From positions 2,368,001-2,432,000 of the forward strand of contig OY760183.1 of the NCBI GenBank assembly GCA_963663275.1: a DNA stretch of 64,000 nt, in the 5' to 3' direction. Positions 9,879-20,135 of the stretch are shown piece after piece. Made by a program: the position numbers and the translations under genes. Under the pieces are notes generated by a model. That model was not told the origin of the DNA. It searched no databases and was given only the letters and a program-made list of their open reading frames with translations. How positions within the stretch are numbered: the first letter of the stretch is position 1; the number at the start of each line of letters is the position of its first letter. Source of the DNA: Chloroflexota bacterium (GTDB taxonomy: Bacteria > Chloroflexota > UBA11872 > VXOZ01).

Positions 9879-10757
9879 ATGCCCACAAAGGTGTTGTTCG
9901 ATACGGACATCGGCACCGACATCGACGACGCGGTGTGTCTGGCCTACTTGCTGGCGCAGCCGTCATGCGAGCTATTGGGCATCACCACGGTGAGCGGTGA
10001 GGCCGCCAGACGCGCCATGCTGGCCAGCGCCGTGTGCCGGGCGGCCGGCGTGGACATGCCGATCTACCCCGGCGCGGAAGAGCCGTTGCTGATATCGCAG
10101 CGGCAACCCCGAGCGCAGCAGGCCGACGCGCTGGGCGGTTGGCCGCACCGTGATTCGTTTGAACCGGGGATGGCGGTAGAGTTTCTGCGCCGCACGATTC
10201 GGGCGCATCCTGGCGAGATTACGCTGCTCGCCGTAGGCCCGCTCACCAACGTCGCGCTCCTCTTCCGCGCGGACCCGGAGATCCCGCGCCTGCTCAAGAG
10301 CCTGGCGCTGATGTGCGGCCAGTTCTTCGGGCGCGCGGCGGGACGCGGTCCGGTTGAGTGGAACGCTGCCTGCGATCCCCACGCGGCGGCGATTGTCTAC
10401 CGGAGCCCGGTCGCCAGCCATCGTTCGCACGGCCTCGACGTCACGCGGCAGGTTGTCATGCCGGCCAACGAGGTGCGCGCGCGTTTTCAAACGCCGACGC
10501 TCCTGCCGGTGGCCGCGTTCGCGGAGGTCTTCTTCCAACGCCGTGATGAAATTACCTTTCACGATCCGCTCGCGGCAACGACGATTTTCGATGACACTAT
10601 CTGCACGTTCGCGAGCGGCAACGCGCGGGTGGAACTGGATAGCCCCCAACTTGCGGGCTTCATGCACTGGCAACCGGATCAGGCGGGCCGCCATCAGGTG
10701 GCGGACACCGTTGACGCCGCTCGTTTCTTTGCGCACTATTTCTCAGTTTTCGCTTGA
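9879..10757 (+). CDS. Inosine/uridine-preferring nucleoside hydrolase
   Basis: Motifs [18 protein letters not shown] and HDPL. Confidence 0.9.
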   Translation: MPTKVLFDTDIGTDIDDAVCLAYLLAQPSCELLGITTVSGEAARRAMLASAVCRAAGVDMPIYPGAEEPLLISQRQPRAQQADALGGWPHRDSFEPGMAVEFLRRTIRAHPGEITLLAVGPLTNVALLFRADPEIPRLLKSLALMCGQFFGRAAGRGPVEWNAACDPHAAAIVYRSPVASHRSHGLDVTRQVVMPANEVRARFQTPTLLPVAAFAEVFFQRRDEITFHDPLAATTIFDDTICTFASGNARVELDSPQLAGFMHWQPDQAGRHQVADTVDAARFFAHYFSVFA

Positions 10758-10768
10758 GGAGATGAAGC

Positions 10769-11245
10769 ATGTTCCATGGCAAAGTTCTAGCAATCTATAC
10801 CGCCCCGGCCCGCCGCGAGCCGATGGTTGCGCACCAGGAAGTGCGCGTCGTGCCGGGCAAGGGCATCGAAGGCGATCGCTATTACATCGGCAACGCGACG
10901 TACTCGGATCGCGCCGGGCCGCACCGGGAGTTGACGTTGATCGAAGAGGAGACCCTCGACGCGCTGGAGCGGGAATACGGCTATCGCCTGAAGCCGGAAC
11001 TGTCCCGCCGCAACGTGCTGGTTTCCGGCGTACCGCTCAACCACCTGATCGATCGTGAATTCACGATTGGCGGCGTGCGCTTGCGCGGGCTGCTCCTGTG
11101 CGAGCCCTGCGCCACGCTGGCCGAGACCAGCGGGCACGCGCACATCATCAACCATCTCATGCACCGGGGCGGCCTGCGCGCCGAAATCCTCACCGAGGGC
11201 ACGCTGAACGTAGGCGCGGACGTCTTGCCGGGCGGCGAAGCGTAA
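10769..11245 (+). CDS. MOSC domain protein
   Basis: Motifs GIEGDRY, RRNVLVSG, CEPC and RGGLRAEIL. Confidence 0.88.
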   Translation: MFHGKVLAIYTAPARREPMVAHQEVRVVPGKGIEGDRYYIGNATYSDRAGPHRELTLIEEETLDALEREYGYRLKPELSRRNVLVSGVPLNHLIDREFTIGGVRLRGLLLCEPCATLAETSGHAHIINHLMHRGGLRAEILTEGTLNVGADVLPGGEA

Positions 11246-11307
11246 CGCCCGCGGGCGCTCTTGAGCAATGGCTGGAGTCAAGCGCGCCGCCGGCAGCACA
11301 CGCGCGG

Positions 11308-12078
11308 CTAGGCGGTCTTGTACCCCAGCGTGCCGCCGCCGTCGGCGTAGAGTTCCGTGCCGGTGACGAATGACGCCTCGTCGGAAACCAGGAAGAGCGC
11401 CGCGTTCGCCATCTCTGCCGGCGAGGAGATATAGCCGAGCGGGTGCCGCGCGGCCACGCTGGCGCGCATGGCGTCCGGATCGGGCTGCAAGTTGATGAAG
11501 TATTCCATCAGCGGCGTGGTGACGCTCGCCGGACAGAGGGTGTTCGCGCGCACGCCGTATGGGGCGCAGTCCAACGCCAAAGCGCGGGTGAAGGCGATCA
11601 CGGCGCCTTTGGACGTGCAGTAGGCGATCGAGTGCGGTTGGGCGTGCACACCGACCATCGAGGCGACGTTGAGTATAACGCCTTTCGTCTCTCTCAAAGC
11701 CGGCAGCGCGTACTTGCACGTCCACAAGAGGCTCTTCACGTTGATGTCCATGATGCGGTCCCACTCGTCCTCGGTCGTGCCTTCGACGTCCTTGTCAACG
11801 AAGATGGCGGCGTTGTTCACGAGTACGTGCAGCGCGCCAAACGCCTCCTGAGACTCCGCCAGCATGGCGCGCACGTCGCTTTCACGGGCAACGTCGGCCA
11901 CGATGGCGCGGGCCTGACCACCTGCGCCCCGGATGGCGTCCGCCACCCCGGACGCGCCTTCCTGATTTACGTCCGCAATGGCGATGGCGGCCCCTTCCGC
12001 CGCAAAACGCCTGGCCATCGCTTCACCGATGCCGCTGCCGCCGCCGGTTATCAACGCCACCTTGTCCCGTAATCTCAT
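11308..12078 (-). CDS. Short-chain dehydrogenase/reductase (FabG-like)
   Basis: Motifs TGGGSGIG, NNAA and YCTSK. Confidence 0.92.
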   Translation of the reverse strand: MRLRDKVALITGGGSGIGEAMARRFAAEGAAIAIADVNQEGASGVADAIRGAGGQARAIVADVARESDVRAMLAESQEAFGALHVLVNNAAIFVDKDVEGTTEDEWDRIMDINVKSLLWTCKYALPALRETKGVILNVASMVGVHAQPHSIAYCTSKGAVIAFTRALALDCAPYGVRANTLCPASVTTPLMEYFINLQPDPDAMRASVAARHPLGYISSPAEMANAALFLVSDEASFVTGTELYADGGGTLGYKTA

Positions 12079-12307
12079 GTCTATGCTCCTTCGCGTTCGT
12101 TGACTGCGAGCCGCCGCGCGCCGCACGCGCCGCGCCGTTCGTGAGACTGCCTTCCCCAATTATAGCGAGTGCCGGGTGCTCCCACGCCGCGCGGACTTAG
12201 GCTGTGGTGTTGGGGGAAATTGACGCTAACCCGTGCAGACAGTAGCATTCAGTGAGGCGGCCTTGGGTTAGTGGCGTGCGTACCTTCCGCGACATACTGG
12301 ACATACC

Positions 12308-13513
12308 ATGAGTGGGACTCTCATCGTCGGACAGTCGGGCGGCTCCACCGCCACGCTAAGCGCGACGCTGGCGGGCGTGCTGGAGGCGGCGTGGCAGAGC
12401 GAGTCCATAGACCGCGTGTATGGGATGCGCAACGGCATTGAAGGCCTGCTGCGAGAGGACTTGATAGACATAACGAATGGTTCGCCGCAACTCGCGCGCG
12501 CGCTCCGCAGGACTCCCAGCGCCGCCCTGGGCTCGTGCCGCTATGCGTTGGAGGATGCGGACGGCGAACGGGCGCTGGACGTCCTGAAGGCCCACGACGT
12601 ACGCTACTTCATCTACATCGGCGGCAATGGTTCGGCGCTTACGGTGCACGCAATCGAGCGGTGGGCGCGAGCGGGCGGCTATGCGCTGAACGCAATTGCC
12701 GCGCCGAAGACGATCGACAATGATCTTTGGGGCACGGACCACACGCCCGGGTATGGCAGCGCGGCGCGGTTCGCGGCGCTGGCCGCCATGGACGGCGGCG
12801 CCGATTCCTGGGCGCTGCGCACCCACGACCAGGTGAAGATCCTGGAGACATTTGGCCGGAACACCGGCTGGGTCACCGCCGCGACCGCGCTGGCCAAGCG
12901 TGAGGAGGCCGATCCGCCCCACCTCATCTACGTTCCCGAACGCCCGCTGACCCCGGAGCGCTTCTTGCGGGACGTCCAGGCGGCTTACGATCGCTACGGG
13001 TACGCGTTCGTCGCCGTGTGCGAGGGACTGCGCCGGCCGGACGGCAGCCTGCTCTTCGCGTCGGAGCGCGCCGTGGACCAGGACGCCTTCGGCAGGGGAC
13101 AGCTAGGCGGCGTGAGCAGCTTGCTCTCGGAACTCGTCGCCAGCGAGTTGGGCCTCAAGAGCCGCACCGACAAGCCCGGCACCATGCAGCGCGCCTGCAT
13201 CTCCCTGGCCTCTTCGGTAGACCTGGAGGAGTCCTATCGCGTTGGCACAGCGGCGGTGGCGGCGGCAACGGCCGGCGAGACGGGCACAATGGTTACGCTG
13301 GAACGGGAACCCGGTCCGGCCTATGCGGTGACGACCGGACTCATCGGAGTCGATGAAGCGGCCGGCAAGGAACGCCCGCTGCCGGACGCTTTCCTGAATG
13401 ACGCGGGGAACTTTGTAACCCCGGCGTTCCTGGATTACGCGCGCCCGTTGCTGGGCGAGCCGCTGCCGGAGTACGCCCGCCTGCGCGCGCCGGCCGTTCC
13501 CAAACGTGTCTGA
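12308..13513 (+). CDS. pfkA: 6-phosphofructokinase (PfkA family, mixed-substrate group)
   Basis: Motifs GQSGG, LGSCR, IGGNGS, PKTIDNDL and DHTPGYGSAA. Confidence 0.88.
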   Translation: MSGTLIVGQSGGSTATLSATLAGVLEAAWQSESIDRVYGMRNGIEGLLREDLIDITNGSPQLARALRRTPSAALGSCRYALEDADGERALDVLKAHDVRYFIYIGGNGSALTVHAIERWARAGGYALNAIAAPKTIDNDLWGTDHTPGYGSAARFAALAAMDGGADSWALRTHDQVKILETFGRNTGWVTAATALAKREEADPPHLIYVPERPLTPERFLRDVQAAYDRYGYAFVAVCEGLRRPDGSLLFASERAVDQDAFGRGQLGGVSSLLSELVASELGLKSRTDKPGTMQRACISLASSVDLEESYRVGTAAVAAATAGETGTMVTLEREPGPAYAVTTGLIGVDEAAGKERPLPDAFLNDAGNFVTPAFLDYARPLLGEPLPEYARLRAPAVPKRV

Positions 13514-13663
13514 GTTACGCTCCTGGCGGCGGGAAACGCCTGGTAGTGCGCTCTGCTGTTTTGGCGGGCCGTCATTCTTGCCCACCCAGTGGGCGGCCAA
13601 TGCGCGCTCGGCGCGTGATTCGCGTCTCGCAAGAAGGCCGCAGCGCGAGAAATCTTGTTCAAC

Positions 13664-13688
13664 CGTAGCGCGGGGGCTTGTCCCCCGC
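13664..13688. repeat. REP-like family B (GTAG-GCGGGGGCTTGTCCCCCGC) single copy
   Basis: Same motif at 34978, 35122, 50420 and 50457. Confidence 0.8.
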
Positions 13689-13776
13689 TCCCTCTTATCG
13701 GGCAACGAACAGATTCACTCTCAGGAGCGAACACCGTCATGAAAGCAACGCATTGCCACCGGAAAGCCGCCACACC

Positions 13777-14967
13777 GTGCAGGCGCTGACACTTCTCGCA
13801 AAACCCGCGTCGGGATTGCCGCGAGCCGCCGTCATCCTCAGCGCGGGTTTCTTCTTCGTCTTCATGGGCGCCAGCGCGTTTCAGCAGTTCCTCATCCCCT
13901 ATCTCACAGACAAAGGCGTCGCGACCGCATTTCAGGCCTCGACCGTGCTGGCGGTAGTGTACATCTCGTTCCTGTTCTGGCGCGCCGTGGTCGCCTACAC
14001 GCTCTACTACCTGGGAGAGTACTGGAGCACGGTGCTGGGAGCGGCCACCTACTCGCTGTTTGCCGTCGGCGCTTTCGTGCTGGACCGGTTCGAGTTCCTG
14101 CTCATTGCCGCCGGGATTTGGGGCTGGGGCGCGGCGGCGATGTGGATCTCCAGCACAACCCAACTCTTGGACGCCACCGCCGATACCCACTACGGGCGCG
14201 CCAGCGGATTGCTCTACACGGCCACCACCGGCGGGCAAGCCATCGGCGTGCTCTTGCTCGGGGCGCTCATGAGCGTGGCGGGCGTGAGCTTTGGGCCGCC
14301 GGTGGCGGCTGCGGTAACGGCGGTCGGCGTGGCGACGTTCCTGTTCCTGCCCTACCAGCACAGCAAGCGCGTCAAACCGCGCCTGGCCCCCATCTTTCGC
14401 GTGCTCACGCTGCCGCGCACGGGTCTGGCGGCGCTCTTCCTCTTCCTCTCTTCGCTGGCCTTCGGTCTCATACTTGGCAGCTTCAGCCAGATCATCGGCG
14501 GCCCCCAGGGTCACGGCACACTGGCGCTGATAACGGCCGGCTATTGGATTGTGCGCACATTTGGCAGTTACGCCGCCGGTTTCGTGGCGGATTGGCTCGG
14601 CCGGGAGCAAGTTCTCGTACTCTCATTCGGCCTGGCGGGACTGGGGCTGCTGCTGCCGGCGTTCAGTAGCGGTCTGCTGACCATGAGCATCGCCGCGCTC
14701 GCCATGGGCTTGCTCAACAGCGCCGTGCCGGTGGCCACCAACGCCATGATTGGCGACCTGACCGACTTCAGCAACCGGCATCTGGCCATCGCGTCGCTCT
14801 TCGTGTGGCGCGACCTGGGCGTTGGCATTGCCATTCTGGCCGGCGCGGCCATCATCACGTTCTTTGGCAGCGAACAGATGATCTTTGGGCTTTTCAGCGC
14901 GGCCTTTCTCGTCTCGGCCGGTTTCGCCTTCTGGCTCAAGGGTCAGCCGCTGGTGAAGATGACGTGA
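13777..14967 (+). CDS. MFS transporter (start uncertain)
   Basis: About 12 hydrophobic segments and motif GFVADWLGRE. Confidence 0.85.
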   Translation: MQALTLLAKPASGLPRAAVILSAGFFFVFMGASAFQQFLIPYLTDKGVATAFQASTVLAVVYISFLFWRAVVAYTLYYLGEYWSTVLGAATYSLFAVGAFVLDRFEFLLIAAGIWGWGAAAMWISSTTQLLDATADTHYGRASGLLYTATTGGQAIGVLLLGALMSVAGVSFGPPVAAAVTAVGVATFLFLPYQHSKRVKPRLAPIFRVLTLPRTGLAALFLFLSSLAFGLILGSFSQIIGGPQGHGTLALITAGYWIVRTFGSYAAGFVADWLGREQVLVLSFGLAGLGLLLPAFSSGLLTMSIAALAMGLLNSAVPVATNAMIGDLTDFSNRHLAIASLFVWRDLGVGIAILAGAAIITFFGSEQMIFGLFSAAFLVSAGFAFWLKGQPLVKMT

Positions 14968-15164
14968 CTTAGCGGCGCATTCACTGGCTCTGGCTGTCCA
15001 TCCATGGAAAGACCGTTGCCGCCGCATGGTTCCCTGTCGCGGCAAGCGGGGGACAAATAGCAAAGGACAGGACGGTCCTCGCGGTGACCGTTCTGTCCGG
15101 CAAATCGGCGCTTTGTTTGTGGATGGCGGCGAAGGCTACCGGCAAGTCGCTCCTCGCAGGGACG

Positions 15165-15479
15165 CTACTTCTCCTTGGCGGCGGACTTTGGCTTCCCGCC
15201 GGATTCCTCTTTGGCGGCCCCGGCGGCCTTGGCTTCCTTCGACTTCTCTTTCGTTGGTTCCTTGGGTTTCGGGCTGCCGTTCTTCTCGTTCTTGCCGGTA
15301 TCCTTGCGGTTATCGGTCACGTACCAGCCGCTGCCTTTGAAAATCACGCTGGCGGGATGGAAGACCTTGCGCACCGGCCCGGCGCACTCCGGGCACTGCG
15401 CGACCGGCGGGTCGCTGAAACGCTGCTGCCGCTCAAAACGATGACTGCAATCATCACATTCGTATTCATACAACGGCAT
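15165..15479 (-). CDS. FmdB-family zinc ribbon protein
   Basis: MPLYEYECDDC...CPEC...FKGSGWYVTD with a Lys/Glu-rich tail. Confidence 0.9.
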   Translation of the reverse strand: MPLYEYECDDCSHRFERQQRFSDPPVAQCPECAGPVRKVFHPASVIFKGSGWYVTDNRKDTGKNEKNGSPKPKEPTKEKSKEAKAAGAAKEESGGKPKSAAKEK

Positions 15480-15588
15480 CGAAACCACTTACCTCCGCAA
15501 GCAAAGTCAACGGGCACTCCCACAAGTATAGCACTCTCGCAGCGCGCGGTTGTGCGACGACGGAAACGGCGTCTTCAATGAAATCGGC

Positions 15589-16617
15589 TCAGCGAGACGT
15601 TTCCGGCAAGTGCAGGACCAGCGTTTCCAGGGCCAGGCGAGCATTGACGTTTGCCCTGATCCAGTCCCGCGCCTCATGGATGCGCTTGATTGCGGTCACG
15701 ATTTCATGGAGGGAGAAACGGAGTCCGGCGCCGCCAAACTCCTGGCCGGTCTCGGCGAATTCGCCGTCTTCTTCAATGTTGCGGCCTTCGTCAGTGAGAC
15801 CGTCTTCAACACGCGGTTGCGGCACACCCGTGTGACCCAAGAGGCTCGAGCGCCACCACTCGATCCAGAGATCGAAGAGGCGATCGAGGTCGTCCGCTTC
15901 ATCCAGCAGTTGGTCCACCACCGCCGTGCGCGCGGCCCGGTCCGCCCGGAGGCTCTCCACCAGCGCCCGCACCAGCGACTCTTCCTGCCCGCGAAGTTCC
16001 GGATTCGCGGCGGCGTCCAAGGCCCAGCCCATGCGCCCAAGGCTTGCCGCCGCCAGGAACGCCGCGTCCTGCCGGGGCGTCCCGCGCTCTTCCAGCGCGG
16101 CCTGCACCACCCGGCGCGGCAGCGCCGTAAGCCGCCACACCTGGCAGCGGGAAAGCAGGGTTGGCGGCAGCAGATGCGTGGACTCCGCCGTGAGCACCAG
16201 GGTATTGTGCGGGGGCGGCTCCTCCAGCGTCTTGAGGAGTCTTTGGCTCGCTTCCGGCTGCAAGAGGTGCGCCTCGAGCATGAGCGAGACGCGCTGCCCC
16301 GCCTCGTACGGGCGCAACGCTACCGCCTGCTGCAACGCCGCGATCTGCTCCATGCGGATCGACTTGCGGCCTTCTTCCAACTGCACCAGGTGAAAGTCGG
16401 GATGCTGCCGGCGCAGCACCCCTTTGCACTCCCGGCACTGCCAGCAGGGATCTCCGCCACCCTGGCCGCACAGGAGGCCCGCGGCGAGATCGAGCGCCAG
16501 CGTAGTCTTGCCGACCGCTGCCGGGCCGGCCAGCAAAATGGCGTGACCCAGCGCCTCCCGCGCGATTGCGCGTTGGAGGAAGCGCCGCACGCGCTCATGT
16601 CCGATGGTGCGCCACAC
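15589..16617 (-). CDS. holB: DNA polymerase III subunit delta'
   Basis: Motifs HAILLAGPAAVGKTT, zinc-binding C..PCWQCREC, HPDF, LLKTLEEPP and SRC. Confidence 0.92.
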   Translation of the reverse strand: MWRTIGHERVRRFLQRAIAREALGHAILLAGPAAVGKTTLALDLAAGLLCGQGGGDPCWQCRECKGVLRRQHPDFHLVQLEEGRKSIRMEQIAALQQAVALRPYEAGQRVSLMLEAHLLQPEASQRLLKTLEEPPPHNTLVLTAESTHLLPPTLLSRCQVWRLTALPRRVVQAALEERGTPRQDAAFLAAASLGRMGWALDAAANPELRGQEESLVRALVESLRADRAARTAVVDQLLDEADDLDRLFDLWIEWWRSSLLGHTGVPQPRVEDGLTDEGRNIEEDGEFAETGQEFGGAGLRFSLHEIVTAIKRIHEARDWIRANVNARLALETLVLHLPETSR

Positions 16618-16646
16618 GTCAGGGTCTCCGCCTGGGGGTTACGGCA

Positions 16647-17906
16647 CTAATAGTCTGCAGATGAGCAATGGATATCCGCCAGGAAATCCGCCCAGCCCGC
16701 ATATTGCTGGGATTCCGCAACGTATCCATTGAGCACGTCCCCGTAACCGACGTCGTTCCATCTGCCGGTTGGACCCCAGAGCGCCTCCCAGAAGGCGGCT
16801 TCCACCCGCAGGCCCCCGGCCACAAGCCGTTTACACGTTTCGGGAGATTGCTCCAGCGGCACTGGGGAGAGCGACCGCGCTTCAAGGTAGGTGGCTATGT
16901 GAGCCAGCACGGCGGCTACCGCCTCCACGTTGCCCTCTCGCAGCGCGGGATGGAGGTAGATCAATACCCAGTCGCCGATGTACAGCGCCGCGGTATCCAG
17001 CACATCCGGGGCGTAGCCGATAATCGCGCCGTCCAAGTAGGGCACAAGGCGCGCGGTAACCGGCTGACCGGCAAGTAGCGCCCTGATCTCAGCCAGCGTC
17101 TCAGGTTCGAGCGGGATGTCCGGATCCGGCTGCGGCCGCAGCGCATCCACCGGAATGAGGCCGGCCTCTTTCAGCAAGTCTCCGGCAAACACCTGGGTCA
17201 CCGTGCCGGGAACGGGCAGGCCCGGAATTTCTTCAATCCAGCGTTGGAAGGCCGCCCGTTGAAAGCGCTGCACCATGAACGGCCCAATGCGCTCCGGTAG
17301 TGACATGGGCAAACCATAGAGCAGGATCGAAATTTCCAAGTTTCCCGGCTGCAAGGGGTTTTGCAAGAAATAGTCGGTAATCCCCTCGTCGGTCAACCAG
17401 GCGAGGCGAATTGCGCGGGACTCGGCGAACGTCGAACCGCCGTCATCCTTGATCGCCGCCGGTATGCCTCGATGGTAGAGCCAGAGTTCAAGTCCCGCCG
17501 CGTCGATCAACTCCAGGACGTTGGCGAGGGAGATTTCGCCGGTATCGCTGTGCCAGTGGAGGAGCGCGCGCTGCAATGGCAGGTATACGTCGCCGCTCCC
17601 GGCAACCGGATACGCCGACGCCACCGGGTAGCCCAGCACCGCCGGGCCGCCAAGCTCCTGAAAGGCGGTGTAGAACTGGGGCCCGCCGGGCACGTCGGCG
17701 ACGATGTAGCCAAATCCCTCACCGTAGCCTGAGGCCTCACTATAGAAGCGCTGTTGCGGCTGGGTGTCTGAAGCCGTGGCATCCTGGGCGCTGGCAGCCG
17801 CCCGCAGCGGCGAGGCATTGAGAAGCACAAGTATCAGCGCCAGTACGGCGCCGGCGGCCAAGCGCCGCCGGTTAACCGGCAAGTGACTTCGCGGCATTGG
17901 GATCAT
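16647..17906 (-). CDS. Secreted hypothetical protein with degenerate zincin-like C-terminal motif
   Basis: Signal peptide RRRLAAG...LRAA; two GYP/GLP...QRA repeat modules (LGYPVAS, YGLPMS...QRFQRAAFQ); C-terminal AVLAHIATY. Confidence 0.7.
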   Translation of the reverse strand: MIPMPRSHLPVNRRRLAAGAVLALILVLLNASPLRAAASAQDATASDTQPQQRFYSEASGYGEGFGYIVADVPGGPQFYTAFQELGGPAVLGYPVASAYPVAGSGDVYLPLQRALLHWHSDTGEISLANVLELIDAAGLELWLYHRGIPAAIKDDGGSTFAESRAIRLAWLTDEGITDYFLQNPLQPGNLEISILLYGLPMSLPERIGPFMVQRFQRAAFQRWIEEIPGLPVPGTVTQVFAGDLLKEAGLIPVDALRPQPDPDIPLEPETLAEIRALLAGQPVTARLVPYLDGAIIGYAPDVLDTAALYIGDWVLIYLHPALREGNVEAVAAVLAHIATYLEARSLSPVPLEQSPETCKRLVAGGLRVEAAFWEALWGPTGRWNDVGYGDVLNGYVAESQQYAGWADFLADIHCSSADY

Positions 17907-18531
17907 CGTTGAAAACTACACCCACTACTCGTGCGTCGATTTGCTCCAACATTGCCTTGGCGCGCTGTATTTGGTCCCGCCGGGTCTGGTTTGCGCGCAC
18001 CACCAGGAGCACGCCGTCAACGGAGCGCGCCAGCGCGGCGGCGTCCGCGGCCAAGAGGATCGGCGGGGTATCCAGAATGACGTGGTCGCGCTCGCGCGCT
18101 ATCTCGCCGATGAGGTCTGTCATGCGTCGAGACGCGAGCAGTTCGGGAGCGTGCTCAGGCACAGTCCCGGCGGCGAGCAGGTTCAGACCCTCGGCGCCGC
18201 AGTCTTCGTGATAGGCGGGAGCGCCCGCCGCGCCGCTCAGGTAGTCGGCGAGACCCGGCTCCTGGGAGACGCCAAAGGCGCTATGCAGGCTGGGCGTGCG
18301 CACGTTCGCGTCGATGAGCGTGACGCTGAGCCCCATCTGCGCCAGCGCGGTCGCCAGGTTGGCGGCGACAAGGCTCTTCCCTTCTTGCGGCGCGGCGCTG
18401 GTCACGAGCAGCGACTTCCGCCCGTGTTCCTCCGCCTGAAATCGGATTGTGGTGCGCAGCGCCCGAAACGCCTCGGCCGCGGGACTCGCCGCCTGACTGA
18501 GCGTCGGGAGCGGCACAGTTGGTACCGTCAT
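17872..18531 (-). CDS. CpsD/CapB-family BY-kinase domain protein
   Basis: AEAFRALRT, Walker A QEGKS, LIDAN and Walker B ILDTPP; AGGAG RBS. Confidence 0.88.
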   Translation of the reverse strand: MTVPTVPLPTLSQAASPAAEAFRALRTTIRFQAEEHGRKSLLVTSAAPQEGKSLVAANLATALAQMGLSVTLIDANVRTPSLHSAFGVSQEPGLADYLSGAAGAPAYHEDCGAEGLNLLAAGTVPEHAPELLASRRMTDLIGEIARERDHVILDTPPILLAADAAALARSVDGVLLVVRANQTRRDQIQRAKAMLEQIDARVVGVVFNDDPNAAKSLAG

Positions 18532-18592
18532 GGCTCTCCTTGTCTCATTTCGCAAAGCGCCGCGCGGCAGCCGCGCCGGCGGGAAATCACGA

Positions 18593-19279
18593 TTACGTGT
18601 CGGCCTTGGGCACTGGCGGGGCGCACGCAATGACATTCATGCCCAGAATCTGCTCCGCTTCCTCCCGCGAACGCACGCGCGTGTCGATGAACTCGATGGC
18701 AAGCGCCAGGAAAACCCCGACGAGCGTGCCCAGGACGAGCGCAACGGCTACGTTGAACCGCAGGCGCGGGCCGATCTGCCCGGCGCTGCTGGCGTGGTCG
18801 AGCACCCGCGCCCGCAGGAAGATGTCGCCGCCCGGGCCGCTGCTCTGCTCGGATTCCGCCAAGCGCACGAGTTCATCGGCAAAGCCGTTTACCACGGCAA
18901 CCGCTTGCTGCGCGGATGCGCTTTCCGCTTGAACCACCACTTTGGAACTCGCCGGCACAATTACCATGCGCAGACCGCCGAGCACCGCATCCGGCGGCAC
19001 GTCGAGTTGGCGGTTTGCCACCACCCGCGCCGCGACTTCCCAGGTCTGCACGCGATCGACGTACGTGCGCAGCAGGCGTTCCATGGCCTGGTTCGTCCAG
19101 TAGTCGATTACGTTGGGCGTGACCGAGACGCTTACTCCCGCCTGGTAGACCGGTTGCTGGCGGCTGCTGTAGAAATAGGCCGTAAGAGCGGCGACAAGCG
19201 CGAGCACGAGCACAAGCCAGTACCGCCGGCGGATGACGCCGGTATAGTCTCTCAGCCTGATTGGCACAATCTCAAGCAT
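18593..19279 (-). CDS. Wzz/CpsC-family polysaccharide chain-length regulator
   Basis: Two terminal TM helices, PVYQA and C-terminal DTRVRSREEAEQILG. Confidence 0.85.
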   Translation of the reverse strand: MLEIVPIRLRDYTGVIRRRYWLVLVLALVAALTAYFYSSRQQPVYQAGVSVSVTPNVIDYWTNQAMERLLRTYVDRVQTWEVAARVVANRQLDVPPDAVLGGLRMVIVPASSKVVVQAESASAQQAVAVVNGFADELVRLAESEQSSGPGGDIFLRARVLDHASSAGQIGPRLRFNVAVALVLGTLVGVFLALAIEFIDTRVRSREEAEQILGMNVIACAPPVPKADT

Positions 19280-19311
19280 CGGTCATGCCTTGTTACCCGG
19301 GCAACTCTGCG

Positions 19312-20052
19312 CTACCCAGCAGCGGTCTCTGCGGAACCCGAAGCGGGCTTGTCAGATTCAGGGATAGTTGGGACGGTCGCCAGCACCGGCGCGCGCAGCG
19401 CCTCTTCAATGTCCTCCCGCGAGCGGAACTGGCCCGAGAGGATTTCCAGCACGAAAGCAAGCCCGGTAATGAGCAGAAAAGCAACCAGCGTGCGCACAAT
19501 GACGTCCAGGCCCAGGCGCGCCAGCGATGCGGCCTCCGGTTCGGAAGCCGGGTCCACGATCTGTACGCTCACCAGGCCCTGGCTCACGCTGGCGGAGTAT
19601 GTGGCCGCTTTGGTCTCGAAGATGGTCTGCGCGGCGTCCGCCAGAGCTTGGGCGATTAATGGGTCGCTGTTCGTATAGGTGAGTTCCAGGATGCGGTGGC
19701 TCTGGGTCGCCCTGAGCGATTGCGCAATGTCCCTGGGGGTCATCCGCACGCCGTACCGCTCGTCCAGAATAGCGGCTACGTTGGCCGCAAAGGCCCGGCC
19801 TTCCACAATCTCGGAGAAGTCCTCGATATTGAATTCGGCGAGAATCTGCCGGTAGTATCCCTGCGAATAGTAGAATCCGGCCGCCTGATCGCTGGGCGGC
19901 GGCGCCGGTTGCACGTGCACCCGCACCGTGGATTCATACGCGTTCGGCCAGATGAGTGCCAGGAGCACGCTGCCGATGAACGCCGCGAGCGTCACACCGA
20001 GAATGAGCTTCTTCCGCGCCGCCAGGATTCTGAGATAGTACTGGATGATCAT
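19312..20052 (-). CDS. Second Wzz/CpsC-family protein
   Basis: Two TM helices, PNAYES, IVDPA and FRSREDIEEALRAPVLATVP. Confidence 0.82.
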   Translation of the reverse strand: MIIQYYLRILAARKKLILGVTLAAFIGSVLLALIWPNAYESTVRVHVQPAPPPSDQAAGFYYSQGYYRQILAEFNIEDFSEIVEGRAFAANVAAILDERYGVRMTPRDIAQSLRATQSHRILELTYTNSDPLIAQALADAAQTIFETKAATYSASVSQGLVSVQIVDPASEPEAASLARLGLDVIVRTLVAFLLITGLAFVLEILSGQFRSREDIEEALRAPVLATVPTIPESDKPASGSAETAAG

Positions 20053-20135
20053 AGCTGCTCTTGAATGCTTGCCCAATACCGTCTCATCATAGCAGATTCT
20101 CGCCCAGGAGCCGCCAAGCGGGGTGTCAGGGGGCG

